Source: Candidatus Moranbacteria bacterium UBA2282
Lineage (GTDB): Bacteria; Patescibacteriota; Minisyncoccia; Moranbacterales; UBA2206
Reading direction: 5' to 3'
Assembly: GCA_002345745.1 (NCBI GenBank)
Contig: DDWQ01000019.1
Location: 83-64,082 of the forward strand
Length of the DNA stretch: 64,000 bases
Both the position numbers and the translations under genes were made by a program. The notes beneath the pieces are model-generated. The model ran no database searches. It was not told the DNA's origin and saw only the letters and a program-made list of their open reading frames with translations. Shown here one piece after another: positions 19,509-27,679 of this stretch; position 1 is the stretch's first letter; every line of letters begins with the position of its first letter.

Positions 19509-20525
19509 TTATTTAGCCAATTCTTGATCAATAGCTGTCTGCAAATCCACCACACTTACTACGCCTTTTTTCAATTGACTGTTTATAAAAATAGCTGGAG
19601 TGCCAGAGAGACCAAAATTCATTGCTTCGCTCTTATCAGCATCAATAACTGATTGGTATTGCTTTGAATCTAGGCATTTATTAAATTTAGCAGTATCCAA
19701 ACCGAGTGTTCTGGCATAATCTTTGAATTTTTGCGTACCAACTAATTTCCCCCAACTGTCTTGTGTAGCATATAACTTATCACCATATTCCCAAAATTTA
19801 TCTTGTTCTTGTGCGCAGGATGATGCCAACGCGGCATTATTTGCTTGTGGATGACTGTCTATTGGAAAATGTTTATAGGCAAATAATGTTTTATCTCCAT
19901 AAGTTTTCATAGTATCACGTAGCGTTCTCCAAAATATATTACAATACGGGCACTGAAAATCAGAAAACACGACAACTTTTGTGTTTGTATTGGCATTTCC
20001 AAAAGTCGCATTAGTCTCTTTGACTTCTGGAGTTTCTAAATATTTTCCCGGCTCCAATCCCAATTCCTGCGCTTTCAAAATATAGGACTCCTCTTTTTGT
20101 TCAAACAAAATATTTGCTTGGGTATAAAAATCAGTTTCTATTAATTTATTATCAAAGATAAAAGCTGGTAGAGTTTTTATGCCAAATTGACTAATCAACT
20201 GTTTTCCTTCTGGACTGTCAAAATTAATTTTTTCCGTGGAAATTGTTGGCAAAACTCGACGAAACCAAACAAGCACTTCTGATGAATCACAATCTACACA
20301 ACTATCATCATTGATAACCTTAACATTCACCGCAGGTTCGCTATAAGCGACCCAGGTCTTTCCATTAGCTGCAAAGATGTCAGATTTACTTAGATTTTTT
20401 ACAGAAAAACCTCCGCCACGAATGACTTGTGCCACATCGACAAAAAGACTACCAATAAAAAGACCTCCCAAAAGAATTGCGATCGAGACTAGGTTTTTTA
20501 TTTTTTTATCATTTATTGATTCCAT
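19509..20525 (-). CDS. DsbA-family thioredoxin-fold protein (membrane-anchored, duplicated thioredoxin-like domains)
   Basis: N-terminal TM. The C-terminal domain has a CPYC active site (FSDFQCPYCNIF). The N-terminal domain is degenerate, with CVDC. Confidence 0.65.
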   Translation of the reverse strand: MESINDKKIKNLVSIAILLGGLFIGSLFVDVAQVIRGGGFSVKNLSKSDIFAANGKTWVAYSEPAVNVKVINDDSCVDCDSSEVLVWFRRVLPTISTEKINFDSPEGKQLISQFGIKTLPAFIFDNKLIETDFYTQANILFEQKEESYILKAQELGLEPGKYLETPEVKETNATFGNANTNTKVVVFSDFQCPYCNIFWRTLRDTMKTYGDKTLFAYKHFPIDSHPQANNAALASSCAQEQDKFWEYGDKLYATQDSWGKLVGTQKFKDYARTLGLDTAKFNKCLDSKQYQSVIDADKSEAMNFGLSGTPAIFINSQLKKGVVSVVDLQTAIDQELAK

Positions 20526-20551
20526 AATTTTTATTAAACCTATTTATTTAA

Positions 20552-20932
20552 TTAATTCTCACTGCCGTTAGTTGGTATAATATCATTCTGCTCCTGATTT
20601 TTATCTTCCTCCGATTTAGCGTCTTGCACGCTTTTTTTAATAACTTCTACTTGCAAATTATTAATATCAAAATCTTGATTAGCCGATTTCATTTGATAAT
20701 CATCAAAGCCAATGGCTATTCTTTTCACTGCTTCTGTTTTTATCGCAACACCAACTAAAATACCCAAAATAAAAAGCAACACAAATTCAACATATTTATC
20801 CATTTTTTTATTCTGACTGTGCTTATCCTGCAAAACATCAGATTCAACCGACTCAATTTCTGCAAGTTTTTCAATTTCTTCTGTTTCAGCATTTTTAATT
20901 AAATTTTCTTCATCCCTTGTTTCATCATTCAT
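20552..20932 (-). CDS. small acidic single-TM membrane protein, unknown function
   Basis: 126 aa, one TM (FVLLFILGILVGVAI), acidic termini. Confidence 0.4.
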   Translation of the reverse strand: MNDETRDEENLIKNAETEEIEKLAEIESVESDVLQDKHSQNKKMDKYVEFVLLFILGILVGVAIKTEAVKRIAIGFDDYQMKSANQDFDINNLQVEVIKKSVQDAKSEEDKNQEQNDIIPTNGSEN

Positions 20933-21046
20933 ATTATTTAGCGCTAAATTTTATCGACTGTATAATAAGCAAAGATTAGCACAAACAAAAAATCATAACA
21001 ACTTGTGCTATGATTAATTATATTGCATAATAATCCTGCTCTGACA

Positions 21047-22297
21047 TTATTCTTTGCGCAAAGCATCCATCGGCGTCATTCGGGAAGCTTTGCGGGCCGG
21101 ATAGATTCCAAATCCCATTCCGGTTAAAACAGAAAAACCGATGCCCAAAAAGACGGCATAAGGAGAGATCCCAAGCTCCACCATATAACCTGCTCGCAAT
21201 GCTAATTTAGAGGCAAAATAGATTAAGATCGCCCCTAAAATAATACCCACAATTCCGCCTAAGATAGTAATGAAGATCGATTCGAATAAAAATTGCTTCA
21301 AGATGCTGGAATTTTTTGCGCCCACCGCTTTGCGCAGACCGATTTCCGGTGTCCTCTCCACCACTGAAACATACATCACATTCATGATGCCCACGCCACC
21401 CACAACAAGAGAAATTGAGGTGAGTGCGATGAGAAGAAGATTAACCACTAGAAAAACATCATCCAGCATTGTTGTGAATTCCTCGATGGAGGCCACCACG
21501 AAATCATCGTCGTTTGGATCTGTGATGTCATGGCGGTCCCGCATAATATCTCTCGCCTGCACCATCGTAAGCTCTGCTAATTTTTTATCTTCAAACTTGA
21601 AAATAGAAGACTGGACATAATCGATGCCAGCAATCTTTTTTTGGAATGTCTCGATCGGCACATAAATTAAATCATCAAAATTGAAAAACGCCATCGAACC
21701 CCTTTCTTCAAGATAACCAATCACCCGATAGTTCACGCCTTTGATCCTGATGTTTTTCCCCACTGGATCTTCATCTTTAAAAAGGTTTTCTTTGACTTGG
21801 CTTCCCAAAACCACTACCTGACTCAAACTCTTATCCTCATCTTGCGTATAACCAAAACCGTCAGCAAATTTGATTTGTTGATCAATGTCAAAAATTCCAG
21901 ACGAAGCCGCATAAATCATAGTCTGTTTGGTTTCTGAGCCATAACTCGTAACAGCCTGTCCGATACTCGCCGCATACCAACCAGAGACATTCGGCAATTC
22001 ACCAACTTCTTCTAGGTCACCGATCTTAAGGGTTGTTATAGAACCACTCGTTGCGCCTTGCACATTCTCTGAGGACATTTGCTTGGCTTGCGGAACCTTC
22101 ACTTCAATTTGAAATATGTCCGTTCCGAAAGATTCAACCTGACCGACAATATAATCTTTTACTCCAAACCCCAAAGAAAGAACCAGCACAACGGATACCA
22201 CTCCAATCACAATTCCCAAGACTGACAAAACAGTCCTGGCTATATTGGAGCGCAGATTATTGAGAGCTAATTTAATTGAAATTAATATTTCATGCAT
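21047..22297 (-). CDS. ABC transporter permease, FtsX/MacB-like
   Basis: 416 aa with an N-terminal TM, a MacB-like periplasmic core domain and a C-terminal FtsX 3-TM domain. Confidence 0.8.
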   Translation of the reverse strand: MHEILISIKLALNNLRSNIARTVLSVLGIVIGVVSVVLVLSLGFGVKDYIVGQVESFGTDIFQIEVKVPQAKQMSSENVQGATSGSITTLKIGDLEEVGELPNVSGWYAASIGQAVTSYGSETKQTMIYAASSGIFDIDQQIKFADGFGYTQDEDKSLSQVVVLGSQVKENLFKDEDPVGKNIRIKGVNYRVIGYLEERGSMAFFNFDDLIYVPIETFQKKIAGIDYVQSSIFKFEDKKLAELTMVQARDIMRDRHDITDPNDDDFVVASIEEFTTMLDDVFLVVNLLLIALTSISLVVGGVGIMNVMYVSVVERTPEIGLRKAVGAKNSSILKQFLFESIFITILGGIVGIILGAILIYFASKLALRAGYMVELGISPYAVFLGIGFSVLTGMGFGIYPARKASRMTPMDALRKE

Positions 22298-22306
22298 AAA
22301 AATTTA

Positions 22307-22460
22307 TTCATATCTTAATGCTTCCATTGGACTTATACGCGAAGCTTTGCGAGCAGGCCCGCCTGCATCGCATAAGCTATTTATTAATTAGTACTTTCTT
22401 TTTTAGTTTCATTATTCATATCTTAATGCTTCCATTGGACTTATATGCGAAGCTTTGCGG
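22307..22460. repeat. direct duplication (~45 bp, period 108 bp) of the 3' end of the upstream permease gene
   Basis: TTCATATCTTAATGCTTCCATTGGACTTATA(C/T)GCGAAGCTTTGCG occurs at 22307-22351 and at 22415-22460. The second copy encodes the C-terminal residues (RKASRISPMEALRYE) of permease 22412..23662. Confidence 0.7.
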
Positions 22461-23662
22461 GCAGGATATAATCCAAAAATCAAACCTATCAGAATGGAAA
22501 CTGTCGTAGCTACCGCGATCGACTGCCAGGAAACGATAAATTCCCAATCATAACCAAAACCTTTGATCACAACAAGAGAAATAATAAGGGCAATTAAAAT
22601 TCCTAAAATTATCCCAATGATTCCCCCAATCAAGGTTATTGTCACTGATTCAATTAGAAATTGAGACATAATAGCTGTATTTTTTGCTCCCACCGCTTTA
22701 CGCAAGCCCACTTCTCTGATCCGTTGATTAACAGAAATAAGCATAATATTCATAATGCCCACCCCTCCGACCAAAAGCGAAATCGATCCGACTGCCAACA
22801 AAAAATATTTCAAAACGTTTGTTACATTAGTGATGGTTTTGAGAGCCGAGGCAATGTCACGCACTGAAAAATCGTCATCTTTCGGATTATCGATATCGTG
22901 CCGCTCTCTAAGAGTTGTTGCCATGTCTTCTTTGGTCTTGGAAATATCATCGATATTACCAACTTTTACACGTAAAAATGAAAGATGATTAATGCCTAAA
23001 ACAATTTTTTGTGCAGCCTTAAGCGGAATGATTACTGAATCATCTGGACTGGCCATTCCAAAACCAGAACTACCTTTCCTTTTCAAAATCCCCACTACGG
23101 TGAAATTTTCATTCTTGATTTCGATTTTTTTCCCAAGCGCATTGTCCGTCCCAAAAAGCTCTTCCTTAGTATCAGCCCCAATTACCGCAATCCGAGAAAG
23201 ACTAGCATCATCTTCAGAAGAAAAAAACCTACCTTCTTCTATCTCGACATTTTCCACATTGATATAATCATGTGTGACACCCATGATTGTATGTGCATAA
23301 TCATTATCTTGATACGAAACAGTCCGCGTCCCTTGGGCATAGGCCGCCCCAGTTTCCACACTGGGCACATTTTTCTTATCCATGAGCGCCAAGAAATCAT
23401 CATACGTCAAAGTTGTAATGATAATTCCCAGCGCCTGTGCCGGTGGACCATCCTCATCTGAGGCTCCTGGCAAAACTCCAATTAGATTTGAGCCTACGCC
23501 GGAAATCTGATCCAAAATGAGCGTCTGAGCCGAACCACCGATAGCCATAATCAAAATCACTGAACCCACTCCGATCATGATTCCAAGAACCGTCAAAAAC
23601 GAGCGAAATTTATTCGCCATCAAATTGCGATATGAAATTCTCACTGGATCCATTACTCGCAT
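22412..23662 (-). CDS. ABC transporter permease, FtsX/MacB-like (paralog)
   Basis: 416 aa, the same architecture as 21047..22297. Confidence 0.8.
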   Translation of the reverse strand: MRVMDPVRISYRNLMANKFRSFLTVLGIMIGVGSVILIMAIGGSAQTLILDQISGVGSNLIGVLPGASDEDGPPAQALGIIITTLTYDDFLALMDKKNVPSVETGAAYAQGTRTVSYQDNDYAHTIMGVTHDYINVENVEIEEGRFFSSEDDASLSRIAVIGADTKEELFGTDNALGKKIEIKNENFTVVGILKRKGSSGFGMASPDDSVIIPLKAAQKIVLGINHLSFLRVKVGNIDDISKTKEDMATTLRERHDIDNPKDDDFSVRDIASALKTITNVTNVLKYFLLAVGSISLLVGGVGIMNIMLISVNQRIREVGLRKAVGAKNTAIMSQFLIESVTITLIGGIIGIILGILIALIISLVVIKGFGYDWEFIVSWQSIAVATTVSILIGLIFGLYPARKASHISPMEALRYE

Positions 23663-23732
23663 AATCCGTATAAATTACTAATCCTCAAAGGAGCTAAGCT
23701 CCTTTTGAAGCTCCTTTTGAAGCTCCTTTTTA

Positions 23733-24383
23733 CTATTCCTCTAATAAATATTTAGCTGTTTCTTTCTTCTCTTTTAAATATAATGCATTATTCTTTAAAA
23801 ATTCCCCGTATTGCCCAATATTATTGTTAAATTGTACCATAATAGATTCTTTATTGCACAGCGTTCCAGCTCTTTTTCCTAAATAATCCAGTAAACTAGA
23901 ATATTCCCAATCTTCTGCTCTATAACCATGAATAAAATTATTTTTGTTTACATAAGCAGAGAGATATAGTAAATATTCATTTGAATTAATATATATTGAT
24001 TTAAACGGCCCCTGAAAAAGTGACCCTGAGCGTTTGTATTTTTTGTTGAAATAATTTGTGTAACCAGTACCAATTTTGTGCATAAAAGTTTTTACGCCAT
24101 TTGTTCTCAATTGTTTCAGTATAATATGATAGTGATTTGGATTTATACAATAGCAAACTATTTCCACTAAATTATCCAGTTTCACAGAGGTGGAGCTAAG
24201 CTCTTTTAAGGAGCTTAGCTCCTTTTCAAACATCCGTTGTTCATAAGTTGAATCATCATTAAATTCGCGCATGCTATTTAAAAATCGAATATAATCTTCC
24301 TCATCCAAAAACACCTCTCGCTTGTCTACTCCGCGATTATAAATATGATAAAATTCTTCGTTTTTAAATTCTGTTTTTCGCAT
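23733..24383 (-). CDS. IS200-like / REP-associated tyrosine transposase (Y1, HuH family)
   Basis: FYHIYNRGVDKREVFLDEEDYIRFL...CYCINPNHYHIIL (HuH motif)...GYTNYFNKKYKRSGSLFQGPFKSIYINSNEYLLYLSAYVNKNN (catalytic Tyr region)...EDWEYSS. It is collinear with RAYT/IS200 TnpA families, with a ~30 aa insert. Confidence 0.8.
   Translation of the reverse strand: MRKTEFKNEEFYHIYNRGVDKREVFLDEEDYIRFLNSMREFNDDSTYEQRMFEKELSSLKELSSTSVKLDNLVEIVCYCINPNHYHIILKQLRTNGVKTFMHKIGTGYTNYFNKKYKRSGSLFQGPFKSIYINSNEYLLYLSAYVNKNNFIHGYRAEDWEYSSLLDYLGKRAGTLCNKESIMVQFNNNIGQYGEFLKNNALYLKEKKETAKYLLEE
24191..24230. repeat. REP-like palindrome pair (GGAGCTAAGCTC ... GGAGCTTAGCTCC) embedded in-frame in the transposase ORF
   Basis: The same motif as at the element ends. 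It encodes KELSSLKELSS inside the transposase. Confidence 0.6.
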
Positions 24384-24416
24384 ACTCTGACAAAAGAAAC
24401 TTTTTTAGGTCCTTTT

Positions 24417-25343
24417 TCACAATGAATTAATAAAATTATCCTGTTCTTGAATGTTTTCATCTAATTCCCCTATTTTGCGAAATACTCCCTCGCCGAAAGT
24501 GCGATCAATTAACTTTCCAATAGAAATTATGTTTCCAGTCATCATTGCTTTTGAAAACATTTCAAAAATATCTTCCCTATTCCTGAAATCTTCTTTGTTT
24601 TGCTCAAATAATTTATCAATTAAAATACTTAATATTTTTCTTCCTATTGTATTTGTAAAACTCTCAATATTTATCTTGTTCGATCCATCTTCCATCTTGG
24701 CATAAATCGTATCACTGTTGAAAAGATATTTTCCATCATTCGTCATAGCATTTAGATGTTTTTTTATTATTTCATTTGTTTCTTTTATTTCAGCTGAAAA
24801 TAATGGATTATTAGCTACTTTTGCAAGAATACTCCTTGTCATTTCTTCCGTAACCGCTTCATTTAAAATTCTGAAGCGCAATCCCTTTCCATTTCGCATG
24901 CTAACGGTTAACCCAACCCTATATTCATCAGCACTGCCATCATCTAGAATTTGTAGGGCATTATAAGATTTAAAATGCAACATTTCATGCACTACTTTTT
25001 TCATAAAAACAATGCTGGCAGCCTGTTCTTGTAGAGCAACAGATTGTGCCATTGAAACATAAATTGCACTTGCTTTTTTTGGCCACTCATTCTTTTTCAC
25101 AATGTGAATATTTTTTGATGGTATATTAAATAAATCTAAGTCGTACTTTTGTCTAATTTCATTTGTAAGCCTATTTGCAAGTTCAATAATTTGCAACTCC
25201 TTTGGAGTTTTTTCTCTTTCTTTGCCAATTAATTCTTGAAATTCTTGATTGTTAAACTGCCATTCTTTTTCCTTAATAATTTCATTTTTTTTATTTTCAT
25301 TTGCTTTTCCAACAACCCGCTCAAAAGAAGTAAATTTTTCCAT
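24417..25343 (-). CDS. hypothetical protein with HExxH (zinc-metallopeptidase-like) motif
   Basis: 308 aa with a VVHEMLHF motif and no TM. Co-located with the transposase between the palindrome clusters. Confidence 0.4.
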   Translation of the reverse strand: MEKFTSFERVVGKANENKKNEIIKEKEWQFNNQEFQELIGKEREKTPKELQIIELANRLTNEIRQKYDLDLFNIPSKNIHIVKKNEWPKKASAIYVSMAQSVALQEQAASIVFMKKVVHEMLHFKSYNALQILDDGSADEYRVGLTVSMRNGKGLRFRILNEAVTEEMTRSILAKVANNPLFSAEIKETNEIIKKHLNAMTNDGKYLFNSDTIYAKMEDGSNKINIESFTNTIGRKILSILIDKLFEQNKEDFRNREDIFEMFSKAMMTGNIISIGKLIDRTFGEGVFRKIGELDENIQEQDNFINSL

Positions 25344-25452
25344 ATTTATAAATATTTTTACTCATATATCTTAAATTTTATTTTCCACACATCTTATAAG
25401 AAGTCAAAAGGAGCTTCAAAAGGAGCTAAGCTCCTTTTTCTAGCTCCTTTTT

Positions 25453-26181
25453 CTATTTTAGCAGTTCACCGTCTGTCGCAAAACGGCGGGTCTGGATTAT
25501 TTCGTCAGAAACAATAGCACCGTCTTTCATGCGAATGATGCGCTTGCCATGCTCAGCTGTGAAAGTTTCATGAGTTACTAAAATAATTGTCTTGCCAGCA
25601 TCATTCAAGTCCTGCAAAATTTTCATCACTTGCGTGCCGGACTTGGAATCCAAGTTGCCAGTCGGTTCGTCAGCGAATATAACACTTGGATCGTTGACCA
25701 GTGCACGCGCAATCGCTACGCGCTGCCTCTCACCACCCGAGAGTTGATTAGAAAAATAGTCCTTGCGATGCTCCATACCCACACTGCGCAAAGCTTCAAG
25801 AACTTTTTTAGAGTTGTCATTGGAAAGTTCCTTGTCATAGAGAAGTGGCAATTCCACATTTTCAAAAACCGTGGTGCGTGGCAACAGATTGAAAGTCTGA
25901 AAAACAAATCCCACTTTTTTGTTGCGAATCTCCGCCAATTCATCATCAGAAAAATCTTTCGTATTTTCTCCTTCCAAAAGATATTCTCCGTCACTTAACC
26001 GATCCAAAAATCCCAACATTTGCATTAGAGTTGATTTTCCAGAACCGGACGGCCCCATGATGGAAACAAATTCACCTTCTCCTACAGAGAAAGAGACACC
26101 GCAAACCGCCTGAGTGAAAACTCCCTCATTCTCATAAGTTTTGCACAAATTTCTGACTTCAATCAATGTTGACAAATTCAT
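25453..26181 (-). CDS. ABC transporter ATP-binding protein (MacB/LolD-type)
   Basis: Walker [10 protein letters not shown], signature [15 protein letters not shown], Walker [13 protein letters not shown]. Confidence 0.9.
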   Translation of the reverse strand: MNLSTLIEVRNLCKTYENEGVFTQAVCGVSFSVGEGEFVSIMGPSGSGKSTLMQMLGFLDRLSDGEYLLEGENTKDFSDDELAEIRNKKVGFVFQTFNLLPRTTVFENVELPLLYDKELSNDNSKKVLEALRSVGMEHRKDYFSNQLSGGERQRVAIARALVNDPSVIFADEPTGNLDSKSGTQVMKILQDLNDAGKTIILVTHETFTAEHGKRIIRMKDGAIVSDEIIQTRRFATDGELLK

Positions 26182-26210
26182 AAAAATAGAGTATAATATA
26201 AAACTGTGCT

Positions 26211-27218
26211 TTATTTTTTCTCAGAAGAGAAAACAATTATTTCTTGTCCCTCAGAAAGCCCGCTTTTCACCTCAATCATTCCTCCATCGCCTGCAAGCTC
26301 GGTTTCCACATAAATTTTTTCAGTGAAAGAAGTTTTTCCGTCAGTCTTCAAAATTTCCACATATTTTTTCCCATCTTCCTGTTTGACTGCCCGGCGGGAA
26401 ATCATAAGTACATCATCTTTTTCAGCAGTCAAAACATCCACATCAGAACTCATCCCAATCTTAAGACGCTGATCATTTGAATCCATCTTCAGTTTGACCT
26501 TGTAATAGACCACGTCCTGAATCACATTTGAAGCGGGGTATATCTCCACTACTTGGGCCTTGAAAATATCTTGGTCTGTCAAAGAATCAAAAACAACCTC
26601 GGCAGACTGTCCCAACCGGACACTAGCAATATCCACTTCTGGGACATTTGATTCGATCACAAGATTTTCCGGATCAGCCACAGTCACAATTGATGAACCA
26701 GCTGAAATCATTTCTCCAACACTGGCATTCTTCGCAATTACTATTCCAGCTATCGGAGAATAAACAGATGTTTCTCCCATCTGACGCAAGATTCCGTCCA
26801 ATGAAGCTTCATATTTTTTAATAAGCACTCGCTGTGCATCCCGTTGATCAAGAGTGATTGTATCTTTTTTATCCATCATATCGCTCAAATTTTTCTTCTG
26901 AATCTTAATATCTGCCTCAGCTTGACGCAATTGTTCATACAGAACACCTTTGTCGATTGTCGCAATTAATTGTCCTGCCTCTACCTTGTCACCAATATCC
27001 ACCTTGAGCACAGTGATTCTGCCCGAAGACTTGAAAGCCACCTCAGCCATTTCGTCAGACTTAAATTCACCCGTCACTGAAACAGTTTGCGCCAATCTTC
27101 CTTTGGTCACTTTTTCCATGACATAGGGACTCGCTTCTTCTTTTTGGAAATACTTATAGCCTCCAAAAGCCATTGCAATTATAATAACAAGCCAGATTAA
27201 TTTTTTTTTATATTTCAT
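26211..27218 (-). CDS. HlyD/MacA-family periplasmic adaptor (membrane fusion protein)
   Basis: 335 aa with an N-terminal TM, a biotinyl/lipoyl-like barrel (VKSGLSEGQEIIV) and coiled-coil region. Confidence 0.75.
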   Translation of the reverse strand: MKYKKKLIWLVIIIAMAFGGYKYFQKEEASPYVMEKVTKGRLAQTVSVTGEFKSDEMAEVAFKSSGRITVLKVDIGDKVEAGQLIATIDKGVLYEQLRQAEADIKIQKKNLSDMMDKKDTITLDQRDAQRVLIKKYEASLDGILRQMGETSVYSPIAGIVIAKNASVGEMISAGSSIVTVADPENLVIESNVPEVDIASVRLGQSAEVVFDSLTDQDIFKAQVVEIYPASNVIQDVVYYKVKLKMDSNDQRLKIGMSSDVDVLTAEKDDVLMISRRAVKQEDGKKYVEILKTDGKTSFTEKIYVETELAGDGGMIEVKSGLSEGQEIIVFSSEKK

Positions 27219-27247
27219 ATTTTTTACTACCGATTTAGTTTTTTAAG

Positions 27248-27670
27248 TTAAAATAATTTACATTGTTCATTATCCAACGCCTCATTGACTAGTGCGTCCG
27301 CCACTTTATTTTTCTCACGAAAGACATGAGAAAATTCCACGGTCTTGAAATCCAACATTAAATTCCAAATTTCAATAAAAAACCGTTGGATTCTTTCATC
27401 GTTTAGTTTATATTCGTGATTCAATTGTTTCACTACTAACTCACTGTCCAGATAACACTGAATTTTTGACTGCTTAGATTTTTTGCCTAAGAGTTGTTTC
27501 AGTTTTTTTAGGCCAAAAATCAGCGCCATATATTCAGCTTCATTATTGGTTTTGATACCGATACACTCACCATATTTCTTGCCGAGTGTTTCCACATAGA
27601 CACCAATACCAGCCGGACCAGGATTGCCTCTTGACCCACCATCAGTATACATTACAATTTTTTCATCCAT
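27248..27670 (-). CDS. rnhA: ribonuclease HI
   Basis: 140 aa, MYTDGGSRGNPGPAGIGV...NNEAEYMALI...D...ADALVN catalytic pattern. Confidence 0.8.
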   Translation of the reverse strand: MDEKIVMYTDGGSRGNPGPAGIGVYVETLGKKYGECIGIKTNNEAEYMALIFGLKKLKQLLGKKSKQSKIQCYLDSELVVKQLNHEYKLNDERIQRFFIEIWNLMLDFKTVEFSHVFREKNKVADALVNEALDNEQCKLF

Positions 27671-27679
27671 ATCTTTAGT

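Larger units (their letters stand above)
23686..25460 (-). mobile_element. IS200/IS605-like insertion: Y1 HuH (RAYT-type) transposase plus HExxH-motif ORF, bounded by REP-like palindrome clusters
   Basis: Palindrome clusters built on GGAGCTAAGCTCC / GAAGCTCCTTTT lie at 23688-23732 and 25408-25455. They flank two minus-strand ORFs sitting between the ATPase and permease genes of an ABC efflux operon. Confidence 0.55.

Noticed and set aside
22318-22509. 63-aa + strand ORF between the permease genes.
   Set aside because: It is generated by the 108-bp-period direct duplication of the permease 3' end (the repeated peptide MLPLDLYAKLC appears twice), so it is an artefact of the repeat rather than a gene.
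23688-25455. Interpreting the GGAGCTAAGCTCC hairpins purely as rho-independent terminators.
   Set aside because: They do have stem plus T-run shape, and the right-hand one may well terminate the ATPase gene. But the same motif recurs in-frame inside the transposase and only around the Y1 transposase in 64 kb, which favours a transposase-associated repeat. Both roles are possible.
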